From the human T2T-CHM13v2.0 reference genome, Homo sapiens, in the NCBI RefSeq assembly GCF_009914755.1, contig NC_060947.1: 64,000 bases of DNA, one strand, 5' to 3'. The position numbers and the translations under genes were made by a program. This document shows positions 27,147 to 43,430 of this stretch, piece after piece. The first letter of the stretch is position 1. Every line of letters begins with the position of its first letter. The notes under the pieces are model-generated. The model made no database searches, was not told the origin of the DNA, and was given only the letters and a program-made list of their open reading frames with translations.

Positions 27147-28575
27147 AAAATGAAAGAAAGAATAGAAAGGTAGGTGGAACATAAAAGAACAACAGCCAAC
27201 ATTGAGGAATATAGAAATCCACCTGATTATTTTTATGAAGTGGCACAGTAGAAAATTAGTAAGATAAATTGAGGATGAATGCAAGGATGCTCCAGTTCTG
27301 GACCTCCAGAAGGACAGCTTTGAATCTCAACTGATTTTTATTTCTACCACTGTTTCTATATTGGTGCCAGTCGGAAGCATAGCATGCAAGGTGTCACCCA
27401 ATAAATGAATTTGGCCAGGGAATAAACTAACAACGATAACGTTTTCCTGGAAGCTAAGGGAGTAATTAGAGCAATGACTTTTAGAGACTTCATTTCAGAA
27501 AAGTTCATGCTTTAATATTCAAATAATTACATTAATCTGTAGATTAGTCAGCTGAAATATTAAATTTTTTGGCACAAGCTTAATGAAAATTGTCATAATG
27601 GTGCCAAAAAGAAATCTTATGGCTGCCTTTTAAATACCAAAGAAATTCTCCATTGTTGTGATAAAATACAGATGTGGCATAGAAAGAACTTGCATGGTGA
27701 GCAGAAATAGAATATATAATTAGAACAAAGAGGGCTTAAATCAAATTAATCTTCATCTGACAGGAACAGTTACATTTACATCATTGAGTGCAAAGTCATA
27801 GCCAAAATTGAAATTAGAAACAGATAATTATGATAAGAGAGGACACTTATGCTGACTTTTCTCATGCATAATTGGAGAGCATACAAAATGCAATGCTGGT
27901 TCTAATTAGAATTAGCATTAAAAGATGCCAGTTTTGATGAATTCTGGGTTTTGCCATAAAATAAGTTGTCTAAATAATTGAACTATGGACATGCAAATTT
28001 GTTTGCCTGTTTGTTGTTTGTTCAAGATACAACTTTAATAGTATCAGTGATATGAATGCTGTTAATTTCTTTTGTCAATGTCATATTGTAATTTTGTTGG
28101 CTTTGTTTTATTTCTATTTTTCTTGAGAATCTGATTTAATTCTTAAAAGTCCATCATTCATTTCTGTCTGCAAAGTCTCTTTTCGTACGTGTACTTACAT
28201 ATACACATGCCTTATAAAAATACAGAGTTTAATTGTTCACTTGGCATGTATGAAAAGAGTGTGTATGACAGTTTCAGAAATGCAGATGTCTAAAGACTCT
28301 GTGATACAATCCTGCTTTTTTCACCTTGGAGTTCAAATGTGCTATTTCTGAATGGTTGTACTCAAAGGGAAAATGCGCATCCCATTGACAAATTCTTTTT
28401 GAAATATTTCTTCCCGAATTATTTACTAGAATCAACCCCTTGACTGGGGGACTTTTCCAACAATCCTAGCAGTTGAGAAAAGCAGGGGCAGGTGTTGGCC
28501 ATCATCTTGGGGCTTCATTAATTCATGGTAGGTGCTTCACAACTCTGTAGTCTTTGCTTTTCTTTCATTGTTGTC

Positions 28576-28720
28576 ATTTTTAAAAACTTTTATTTATAGA
28601 GATGGGCTTTCGCTATAGAGTTGTTGCCCAGGCTGGCCAACAACTCCTGGGCCCGAGCGATCCTCACGCCTCGACCTCCCAAAGTGCTGGGATTACAGGC
28701 ATGAGCCACCATGCCCGGCC
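28576..28720 (-). mobile_element. Alu left monomer (FLAM_C-like)
   Basis: gttgcccaggctggcc...ctcctgggcccgagcgatcctc...cccaaagtgctgggattacaggcatgagccaccatgcccggcc with T-rich tail; no right arm. Confidence 0.85.
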
Positions 28721-29216
28721 AATCTTAGCTTTTCTTTACCTCTTGTTCTGTTACTCTTTTCTTATTTTCTTTTTTCTTCTTCCCTTTTCCTTCTCCAAGG
28801 TGAAGCTTCCAGTCTCTTCAGTAGTAGTAGTGGGTTTGGCTGTTTAACTAAATCTCCAGGGGCTCTTGGGAGCAATTTCATTCTTTTCCATTAAATTCAT
28901 TCTGTCATACAATGATGCATATTATTGTAGATTGTGAAACTCCTAATTTCATTTTTCTTGGAACTGCATGAGTTTCTGTCAGGAGAAGTGGACCCAGACC
29001 AACCAATGAAAATGCATTTCAAAGCTCCTTAATTCTTGATTTTGGATAAAGAGTTTTTCTCTGCATAAACAAAATAGATCTTAGTTGTATAGCATACAGC
29101 GTTTCTGGCTAGGGTAACATTGAATGCCTTTCCACCTAGGGCTCTTTAAAACCCTGTGAAGGATTAGATTAAAACCTTGTGAAGGTTGTAGATTTCCTTC
29201 CTAAGAAAGTCTTTAT

Positions 29217-30302
<1,086 letters not shown>

Positions 30303-31569
30303 TTAGAGTGATGCTGCCTGAGGTTTCTCCAATTCTATGACCCTGATCATTGTCAGATTTCTTGTTGATTTAGTGTTCTCTCAAAATTTCCCAGTACTCA
30401 GAAGTGCCAAAAGAAACATCAAAGTGTGGATTCTCTCTTGAATCTTGGTTGTAGTATCTTTCCTTAGCTTTCACATTTTTCTTTGAATTGTATTTTTATT
30501 TGTTTGGTTCATTTTGGTCTAAGGGCTGGGGTAAAGGGCAAAGGAGAAAGTCATTTCATTTTAGGGACCACAGTAGAATGATACTTGAAATGCCATTTTA
30601 ATATAACTTCTCAGATAACTGTTTTGTACAGGTAAAACAGTTGTTGCCAGGATGAATTATATAAATGATTCATTTATTGTATATTATGTTAAATAAAAGT
30701 AACATGGAAGAGGGAAAGGATTTTAAACATCCAAATAAAAATAATAATTTATCATAAGAAGCTCCAGTTTTTATTGTTAATGTGGTTGGATGATGTATGT
30801 TAAATAATTGTTGATTAAAAGGTAGTTGTAAAAGCTAAACATTAATAACTTAAATAACAGGATTTTAGTTGAGAAGATGATGTCATGGAAGAGAGTGTGA
30901 TTGTGATGCAACAAGTGGCATCAATGTGACCATGTCAGGAAGATTTTTGTTTCTAAAACGCAAACAAAGCATTTCAAATGATAGACTCAAAAGAGCACTT
31001 TCAATTGAGATATTTAGTCATATAGGCTGATTTGCTTCAACCTGAATGCAAAGTTTCTCAGGGAATTTGCCCCTGAAAGCCACTAGCAACCTAAAGCTCA
31101 GTCTTAAGACAGAAAGGCATCCTAAACCCTGTGATTTCATAATATCCTTGTAACCACATGCTGAAAAACTAATTTGCTAAGAACTTAAAAGGGTTGACAA
31201 ACAAATTACAGCCATCTTGATAGGGGGTGATTATTGGCATTACCAACTCAGTTGGGTATTCTTAATGAAATAAGACAGCTTTATTTTCACAACTTGCCTT
31301 GAAATGTAGGTGAAGGATATTTAATGCTTTTAAATTAGCAATATTATGTAGTTACATAGCACTTCACATTTGCACATATTATTGAAGTCAACTCTATTTC
31401 TTTTTCCTTCAAAGACTTCTGGGAAGTACGTCAGGATAACCAGGCCCATTGTATGGAAGGCATAATTGTAACATGTGCTCTATCTGATGAGCCTTGCCTA
31501 TGTAATCTGAACTCTTACATACTATGGCCATCCGCCCTGGGAGGCTGACTGGTGCCTACTGCCGCCTTA

Positions 31570-31870
31570 TGCCTCCTCCATGCTGTCACTTCTGCTTGGA
31601 ATACTTGACTGTTTCCACTTACTTCCTCTGCCTGGTGAACTTTTATTCATCCTACGAGAGACTGATCAAATTTGTCTCTCTTCTGAAGTTTGTTCTGCCC
31701 CTTTTCAGCCCTTTTCTGAACCCCTCAATCACCCTCACCCCCAAATCCAGCAGTTAGTCCTTCCCTTTCCTAGTTCAAACTCCCTCTGTTCTGTTCTTAT
31801 GGCTACTATGGCATCTATCACGCTGTAATATAGTGATCTCGTCACATATGCTTCCTGCACTTGGCTGGCC
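31570..31870 (+). mobile_element. L2 fragment
   Basis: catgctgtcacttctgcttggaatac...ctctgcctggtgaacttttattcatcct. Confidence 0.6.
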
Positions 31871-32080
31871 TGGGACATGTGTCCAGGTTACCTGCAAATG
31901 TCTCCTCTCCTGAAGAAGAAAACTAAGAGTCCTTAATTAAATGCAGTTCACACCTCCTTGACGTCACTTCCAGGCCTTCAGACGTGAAGCCTGCTGTTAA
32001 CTACTCCTGCTGTTCTTGCTGACAATTTTATGGAGGATCTTTAAGGGCTTTCACACTGGGCCAAAAATGTGTGCATATGC

Positions 32081-32113
32081 ATACACACACACACACACAC
32101 CCATAAACACACA
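32081..32113. repeat. (CA)n microsatellite
   Basis: Read directly from the sequence. Confidence 0.9.
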
Positions 32114-32494
32114 TATTTGCAAGTTAATGTGATCTGCAAGACCTTTCAGTTTGAGAAGAATAATAGCTTTGGCTATAGAGAAGCTATTCCCATAGCTATC
32201 ACATAGAGAATAAATTAAAATTACCTTCTAAGGCACAGATTAGGGAGGGAAAACAGCATTTTGGGATCATTCACCAAAAGGTCTTTGCTGTGGCAGAAAG
32301 TTATGAGGACATGTTTTTGTTCATTGTTTTTCTCATTTGTTGTACAACTGGCCATTAAATTGCAGGTGGTTCCTCCCAGCCGACAGTCCCATCTGTGTCC
32401 TGGATGGTGGCAAGTTTGTGATGGTTCAAGATCAAGTTCAAGATTCAGATCAAGAATCAGATCTTGCCAAAATGTCACTTCTTTTTTATTTCAA

Positions 32495-32640
32495 CTTTTC
32501 TCATTTAATTCCTTTGAAGTAGATGTTATTCTTTCTCATTTAAAGGTGACAAAATTGAGACTTTGAAGGGACAAGGAGCTTGACATGTGTACAGCTAGAG
32601 TTTTATGCCCATTGGACTGAGCCTTGAAACTGTGCAACCT
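32495..32640 (-). mobile_element. MIR fragment
   Basis: tctcatttaattcct...tgaagtagatgttattctttctcatttaaaggtgacaaaattgagact. Confidence 0.65.
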
Positions 32641-33552
32641 CTCATTTCTTTCCACAGAATGGAGCAGGGACCCTGCTTGAAGAAAACTTGGTAGATGAAA
32701 AATGATATTATAAGACAAGTACATTAGAATTTTTATTTTTAAAAGGCTTACTATAGAAGTCTTTACAATTTGGACTTGCTTTGTGGAAGGCAAGATGTGC
32801 CTTCCTTCTGAAGAGGTTCCATTGAATACATTGGGTAAAAGGCAGCTATAGTGTCATGAAGGCTGCCAGCAGGCATGGAGTGTGAGTGGTTTTCATGAGT
32901 GTGAGTGGTTTTCATGAATAGCAAGAATACAAACCTGTAACAGAAGAAACTAAGGTAACAGGGTAACAGGCAGCAGGGACAATGATGTATTTTTGTTCCC
33001 TATCGATAAACTGTTGAACACTTTTACAATACACTGTTCTTTATGTTCCTCAGAATGTGTCACTGGGAAGCTCAGTTAGAAATGTAGAGCCATTTCTTAG
33101 TACATAATGGACTAAGACCTCAGTCTTGCCCCTCCATCCTCAACTTGGCTCCTGTTTCGCTCTGGGGTCTTTAGTTTCAATGAGAATCCAGAACAGACGT
33201 TCTGAATGTTTTGGGAGAGAGCCAGAGCCGCTGGAGTAGTATGGAAAATGATGCTTCTCAGACTCAGGACTCTAAATTAATAGAACAGATTCCAAACCCA
33301 GACCCCTTCTCCTTAACTTGATATTATATTTCAGACTGACTCCCAGGAAGAATCCCCAGATTTCTAGCTGCTGAAATGGGCAGTTACAGACAAAGAAGTG
33401 CATTTTGCAAACCAATAAAAATGGTTCCATAGCATTCTGATCTCTGCTGCTGGGGGCAGAGCTTTCCATGGAAAGGTATGCCGTCTTTAGAAGTCCAGTT
33501 ATCAGCAATTTCACAGGGGCCAATTCAAAGCCTTTCCAGATTATTCAGTCTT

Positions 33553-34085
33553 CCATCCATCTGACATACATTTGCTGAGTGCCTACTATATGCGAGTACT
33601 GTGCTAAACATCAGTGATGATGTGTGATGGGGGAAAAACTGCAAAGGACAAACATTTATCATGATTGGATTAGACACTGCCTTGGTGTGGCTTGCAGATT
33701 AGGAGAGAAAATCATGCGTGTGGCATGATATTCACACAAGCATCTATAGCTCAAGGTAGAAACTGCTAGGAGAGGTGTAGATTAACTCCAGCCAGTGTTG
33801 CTGGGGATGGCTTCAGAAGCAGAAGATTATATTTGAGAAAAATCAGCAGCTCATTCTATACGTGGACATCCTGAATTTGAAAACTGATATTTTCTTATAT
33901 CAAATGACACAAATAAAATTGTTACTCCTAGATACACTTTAATCCTGTTTGGCAGGGTCCCACACACTTGAAATATCAGTGGGATTTGTAATTGTAAAGT
34001 TGGGGGTATCATTCCAAGAGCAGGAGGTACTACAAATGGAGGAACTGTTAATAAAAACATGGACAAAGAGGTAGAAACTTGTGCA
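33553..34085 (-). mobile_element. L2 relic interrupted by an inverted templated insertion
   Basis: ccatccatctgacatacatttgctgagtgcctactatatgc...gatggcttcagaagcagaagattatatttgag, then the insert, then cacacacttgaaatatcagtgggatttg...cattccaagagcagg, resuming the L2 pattern. Confidence 0.65.
33832..33960. repeat. Left arm of a 129-bp inverted repeat
   Basis: Its reverse complement aligns without gaps to 34821-34949 at 115/129 identity (hand alignment). Confidence 0.97.
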
Positions 34086-34357
34086 AATTTAAATCACATA
34101 ATAAGTGATATTGTACAGCAGTCCATAATCTATTGATAAGTGGGAGGGATTTTCCTGGCTCCTGTCGTCTGGAAGGGCCTCACACAAGTCTTCAATAGAA
34201 CATATGAAGAGCTGGGAGAAAGCCTCTCACTCCTTTGTGAGGATGGTAAAACATGTTTTAATGCAGATACTTCCTTGATCTGCTTATGATGACCTTTCTG
34301 TTGCTGAAATTATTTGCAGCTTAATATGGTGTAAATGTATTTCACTGCAGGAGTATT

Positions 34358-34835
34358 GGTGCAGAAAAGAGTTAACATTGCAGTACTGAAACTGTAGTTT
34401 CCTGAAGCGCCTGCTTACAAGATTGGCCTGTGGCTGGCCTCTGGGAATATGGCTTTGAAAATGTTCCCTAACGGAAAAAATGTGGCTCACTGTGCCTCAA
34501 TTGTTTGTACAAATGTTGTGATTCATGCTGAATACCTGCTTTCTTTCACAGGATCTGGAATTTTTGTACATGCTGGGCAGAAGGTGCCTATGTGGCTAGT
34601 CCCAAATGAAAAGATTCAGTGCTAATTCTATAATGCGCTTCCATGAGCAGAACTTCTCATGAGATGGAGAGAACACAAGGAAGCCCGCATATGGATTCCT
34701 CCAGACTCTGCCTATTTCTTTTTTCCTTATTTTCCTATCATAAGCCTTAGTCGTGAGTGAACTATATGTTGAATTCCATGGGTGTTCCTAGTGATTCTCC
34801 AAATGTGTGGGTGGTCTTATGGACCCTGCCAAACA
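34358..34835 (+). mobile_element. ERVL-class solo LTR, MER68-like
   Basis: Starts gtgcagaaaagagttaacattgcag...gcctgcttacaagattggcctgtggctggcctctggga and ends gggtggtcttatggaccctgccaaaca, matching my recollection of the MER68 termini. Confidence 0.8.
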
Positions 34836-34949
34836 TAATTAAAGTGTATCTAGGAGTAACTATCTTCTTTGTGTTATTTGAGAGAAGAAAATACCAGTTT
34901 TCAAATTCAGGATGTCCAATTATAGAATGTGCAGCTGATTTTTCACAAA
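34821..34949. repeat. Right arm of the 129-bp inverted repeat (LTR 3' end plus flank)
   Basis: Pairs with the left arm; ORFs 33851-34066(-) and 34757-35131(+) share near-identical peptide TLPNxIKVYLGVTI...RKYQFSNSGCP. Confidence 0.97.
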
Positions 34950-36041
34950 CAGAATCAAGACCTGCATTTCCTCCTTACATTCATTTTCTCCTTCTCTTTT
35001 CCATGTGTAATTGCAAGAGAATGGCCCCTGATTTTTATATTGAACTGCCTAGTAATGAGCATTCCTCCAACACACTGAATTCTCAGAAAAGAAGCCCTTT
35101 CAGGCTTGTGACCATCTTGTCTCTGTTGTGATTGGCAGTAATCCAAGTAAAGACAGTAGTAAATATGTTTTCTCCTCTCACACCAGGTGATCCTCAGTGA
35201 ATCTGATTGTTGACTCATTTGCTCTCTCACTGTAACAGATGTTGCTTTTGGAGATGGAAATCAATGTTACAAAGTATTAACAAGGGGAGAACTTACAAGA
35301 AAGTGAACCTAAATGATTCTTTGCTGATTTAATACAGCCTGATCTTGGCCTGTTATGTCAGATTTTGCAAACAGATTTTAAAGGGTGTAATTTTAAGTAG
35401 GAAATTAGTTCTGTGACGTGTATATATGCATCCCAGATAGCCAAGAGTAGTGAAAGTAGGAAGACGAGACCCCAGTTTGAAATGTAAAGACAGATGGAAA
35501 GTTTACTTGAAAAAGAAACCTGCAAGATTCATGCAAGACTGGATGTAGGCAGGAGACTATTGGCCCTACAAATGTGTTTTTTGACCCATAATAGGTTACA
35601 GCCTGATTTAATAGGTCACATTTCACTGCCTTTATGGGCATCCTTACATCTTCTTTTCAGGGTAATTATCTCAACACACATCTGATGTGGCAAGGTAATT
35701 GACTCTTGCTTTTGTACAGTTATAGGTTAATGAACCAGACTGACTTTTTTAGACCAAATCACTCGTTTTGTTTCTGAAATGAAATAGAAATGTATTTAGA
35801 AGGCAATGTTTGATACATTAAAAATTCTCAGATGGCTGACAACTTTGATTTCTCATCCTTTATGCATCACAGTGTGTAGCCATGAAGAAAGGATTATAGA
35901 GGCATCTGAAAGCAGCTTGGATGTTTGAAATTTAGAATCCAAGAGGAAAGAATGGCAAAATGATGCTTTTGATGAGTTTAACGTTGGCTGTATAGAACAC
36001 CATGTGATTATTATAGAAGAGTGGCTTACATTTTCAAAGTT

Positions 36042-36090
36042 GTTTTTTTTTCTTTCTTTTTTTTCTTTCTTTCTTTCTTTTTTTTTTTTT
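36042..36090. repeat. T-rich/(TTTC)n polypyrimidine tract
   Basis: Read directly from the sequence. Confidence 0.9.
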
Positions 36091-36433
36091 GACCAGAGCC
36101 CCCTATGATTTTCAGGTATAATATGTGGTTACTTTAAATTTTCAGTTAAAGTTCTTTCCAAAAGTCTGTTTCAGATGCAATTTGTTTGTCCTCTGATGAA
36201 GCTGCATAAATATTTCTTTATTAATAATTTCTAAGTGGAGGCAGTAAAGATATTGAAACTTAGAATTGAGATTGAGAAAACAAATGCCTTATCATTTATT
36301 TTACATTGTCATGGAGTTAGCCCTATGGAATCACCAACAAAAAATGAGCAGCAAATAATAACTAATAATTCAACCATTGATAAAGAAGCAACTCATTATG
36401 TATAGCATAATCATTTTTGTTTAAAAAATGCTT

Positions 36434-36642
36434 GAATAACATAGACACAGAGAGGGGAACAACACACACCAGGACCTGTTGGGAGAGGGAACTTAGAGGT
36501 CAGGTGCAGCAAACCACCATGGCACAAATATACCTGTGTAACAAATCTGCACGTGCTGCATATGTATCCCATGTTTTTAGGAGAAATGAAGAAAAAATAA
36601 AAATAAAGATAAAAAAGAAAGTAAAAAAATAAAACAAAAAAT
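36434..36642 (+). mobile_element. Short L1PA 3' end (L1PA8A-like) with A-rich tail
   Basis: gacacagagaggggaacaacacacacc...gggaacttagagg...gcagcaaaccaccatggcaca...atgtatcccatgtttttaggagaaa. Confidence 0.85.
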
Positions 36643-37148
36643 ATATTGCATTTGATTAACAGAAAGAAAAACACTTGAATATATAAAAAATACTAGAAGA
36701 CCATACACCAAGATGTTAAATCTAGTAATTTCTAAGTGAAGAAGCCATGGATTCTTCTTTTAAAATATATTTCCTGAATCATATTTAGATATCATGCAAT
36801 TTTTGTTATAAGATGAAAGAAAATATATGTATCTCTTTTAAAAAGTAATAATTAGTGCAGGGAGGTCTGAAAATAATAGTGACTATATATTTCATTGTGG
36901 TTACATCTTTTTCCCCAAATCTTCATGAGAAGAAAGTAATCCTCCAAAGAATTCTGTTTCCAGCTCTTATTAACTAGCCTCTTAAAACCAGTTGAGGGCC
37001 AGGGCAATTTAACAAGCATTTGTGAAGAGGGTAGCCTCCTGAGTAGTAAATGAGATTCATCTTGGAAATATGCAAAATTTGGGAGAGAATTAATCAGAGT
37101 GACAAATGCAAACGATGAGTATGCTATAGAGATGTAAAGCTGCTGTTC

Positions 37149-37220
37149 AAAAAGGAAGGAAGGAAGGAAGGAAAGGAGGGAGGGAGGAAGGAAGGAAGGA
37201 AAGAAGGAAGGAAGGAAGGA

Positions 37221-37296
<76 letters not shown>

Positions 37297-37325
37297 GAAA
37301 GAAAGAAGGAAAGAAAGAAAGAAAA
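37149..37325. repeat. 177-bp pure-purine compound microsatellite (GGAA)n-(GGGA)n-(GAAA)n
   Basis: Read directly; no pyrimidine on the + strand across the interval. Confidence 0.98.
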
Positions 37326-38735
37326 CATTGTCAAAGGTTTAGTGGTAGAATTAGCTCTCATTTCAGGAGCCCTTAAAGCTGGGAAGAAGAGGATTCCAAA
37401 TGCGCAGGAAACTGGGTCTCTTATAGAAGATCTGAGCTACAAGTTGTTCATTTTGCAAAATGTCAGAATCTAGGAGAAGTGTGACCACCATGCTCCAATA
37501 AGTTATTTCATAGACATTCTTAAGCTTTTTGGAGAACACCACCATTTCCAAGAATTTCCTCTGAATGAAGAATTAGGGCTCATCTTGAGTTATTACAAGT
37601 ATAACTAGCAGCACATACTCATCAGAAATGCCAAGTCAGGGTGACTGCCTAGATCCTATAATTTTAAACTCACTTGCCATTATTAGTTTACATGCCAACT
37701 TTTCCCAAAAATGAATCAGGTCAGCCACAAAGTTAAAATAATGTCAGCAAAAACAATTCAAACAATTCAAGTAAATGATTAAAGATTTATAAAAAATTAT
37801 TTAGCGCAAGAGGAAAGAGACATACCAGGAACCTCACATACAATCACCATCCAAAGTTGAGTACTTAATTTAGCACTGGTAATCTTTTTAGCATGAGATA
37901 GATGTCATATCCTCCTTGTATGAGCACAGACTGACGTGGAAGAAAACAAGAGTTCGGAAAGATTTGTCTAACACCCTATAGATTCATACTGGTTTCCTGT
38001 GCTTGATGAGCACTTTAATAATTTTATCTCTTCCTCTCCTTTTCCCTCTTCCTTTCCACTCTGCTGAATTCATATTCTACATTCCTCTCTTATTTATCAG
38101 CCTCTCTGTGTGTTTCCCCGGAGATATACATAATTTCACTCCTGCTATTCTAACACACATGGCCGCTGCTCTAAAAAAAATTCCTAATAGCAACCTGTGC
38201 AATTCTTCCAGAATACTCACTCTCTCCGTCTTACTTATATTTTTGTGAATATGTTGGTTTTGCTTGGGGAAAATTTTGTTTCTTTGGGCTCAGATCAGTA
38301 CGTAGGGACTGCAGTTTATAGCTAACTGGACAGGCTGTTCTCTGTAAAACAGTAGCCCAATGCTGTGCTTATTCTTTGGTCAAATGGCAGAAAAGATTAA
38401 AAACAATGATTGTTTTATCATGTAATGAACTTATGGGATCTTTTGAGTGATTAAAATGAGTGAGGTGGACTTTATTGGACTTGAACCGGCAGAGTAATTT
38501 TTATTAATTGTGTAGTTAAGCTCTTTTGCTTGATTATTTGTAATTATGCATAACCAACACATCCTTATTTTGAATGTTTATTCATGCAAATGGATACACC
38601 TTTAGTGAAAAGCTCTACAAAGTAGTATAGCCCTCTTTCTTCATTTAGATACGTTTGATAATCAGGGGATATATTTGTTATAAAAATTGATTAGGTGGCC
38701 AGCAAAGAGTCTTATATCTATCTTGGTTTATAACT

Positions 38736-38797
38736 TTTTACCTATAAGTTCTGTGTAATATGCATGTTTTACCTATAAGTTCTGTATAATATGCATG
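38736..38797. repeat. 31-bp tandem duplication
   Basis: ttttacctataagttctgt(g/a)taatatgcatg twice, with one mismatch. Confidence 0.95.
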
Positions 38798-38857
38798 TTC
38801 TACTCTGGTATCTGAAAATAGCTTATAAAATTAGAACTATCGAAACAGACAAGCTGG

Positions 38858-39025
38858 AATAATAATGACCTGTGTGCTGGCATGCACTTTGCCTTCTTTG
38901 ACAGCACTTGGTAAGTGCTATATAAATGTTAGCATTTATTGTTTTTACTTAAACTTTTCACATTAAATCTGTGAGGTAGGCATGGTTAGCCCCATTTGCC
39001 AGTGAAGCAAAGTGAGGACCAAGGT
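38858..39025 (-). mobile_element. MIR, left part (host of MLT1C)
   Basis: ctgtgaggtaggcatggttagccccatttgccagtgaagcaaagtgagg; continues at 45814. Confidence 0.65.
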
Positions 39026-39411
39026 TATATAGTTTCTCTATGGCAAGTGTAACAAATTACCAAAAACTGGGTAACTTAAAATAACAGAAATTTGTCACCT
39101 CCTAGTTTTGAAGGTTAGAAGTCCAAAATCAAGGTGACTGTGGAACTTTCCAGAAGCTTTTGGAGAGAATCTTTCCTTGCCTCTTTTAGCTTCTGGTAGC
39201 TGCTGGCAGTCTTTGGCTTGTGGCCTCATTGCTCCAATCTGTGCCTCTATCTTCACATCGATTTCGTCTCTGTATGTTTTGTGTGTCTTCTATTCTTCTC
39301 CTTGTGTCTGTCCCCAAACTCCCTCTGCCTCTCTCTTATAAGGATATGGGTGATTATATTTAGGGTCTACCAGATAACTCAGGATAAATGCATCCTCTCA
39401 AGATCCTTAAC
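39026..39411 (-). mobile_element. MaLR LTR MLT1C-like, left part (split by L1)
   Basis: gtaacaaattaccaaaaactgggtaacttaaaataacagaaattt...gaagtccaaaatcaaggtg...agagaatctttccttgcctct...ctcaagatccttaac. Confidence 0.85.
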
Positions 39412-39626
39412 TTTTTTTTTTTCATGTACTTTAAGTTCTGGGATACATGTGCAGAACATGCAGGTTTGTCACATAGGTATACATGTGCCATGGTGGTTTG
39501 CTGCACCCATCAACCTGTCATTTACATTAGGTATTTCTCCTGATGCTCTCCCTCCCCTTGCCCCCCACACCCCAACAGGCCTGAGTGTGTGATGGCCCCC
39601 TCCCTGTGTCCATGTGTTCTCGTTGT

Positions 39627-43340
<3,714 letters not shown>

Positions 43341-43430
43341 GATTCTAGCTGGTTATTTTGCCTATTGGTTGGTGCAGTTTCTTCATAGTGTTGATGGTCT
43401 TTACATTTTGGTTTGTTTTTGCAGTGGCTG

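Noticed and set aside
33851-35131. Two opposite-strand ORFs sharing a peptide, resembling a paralogous gene pair
   Set aside because: Explained by the DNA inverted duplication; no recognisable domain, and the ORFs run into L2 and LTR sequence.
36852-37361. 169-aa ORF rich in F/L/S
   Set aside because: It is the translation of the (TTTC)n/(TTCC)n strand of the microsatellite, which lacks stop codons.
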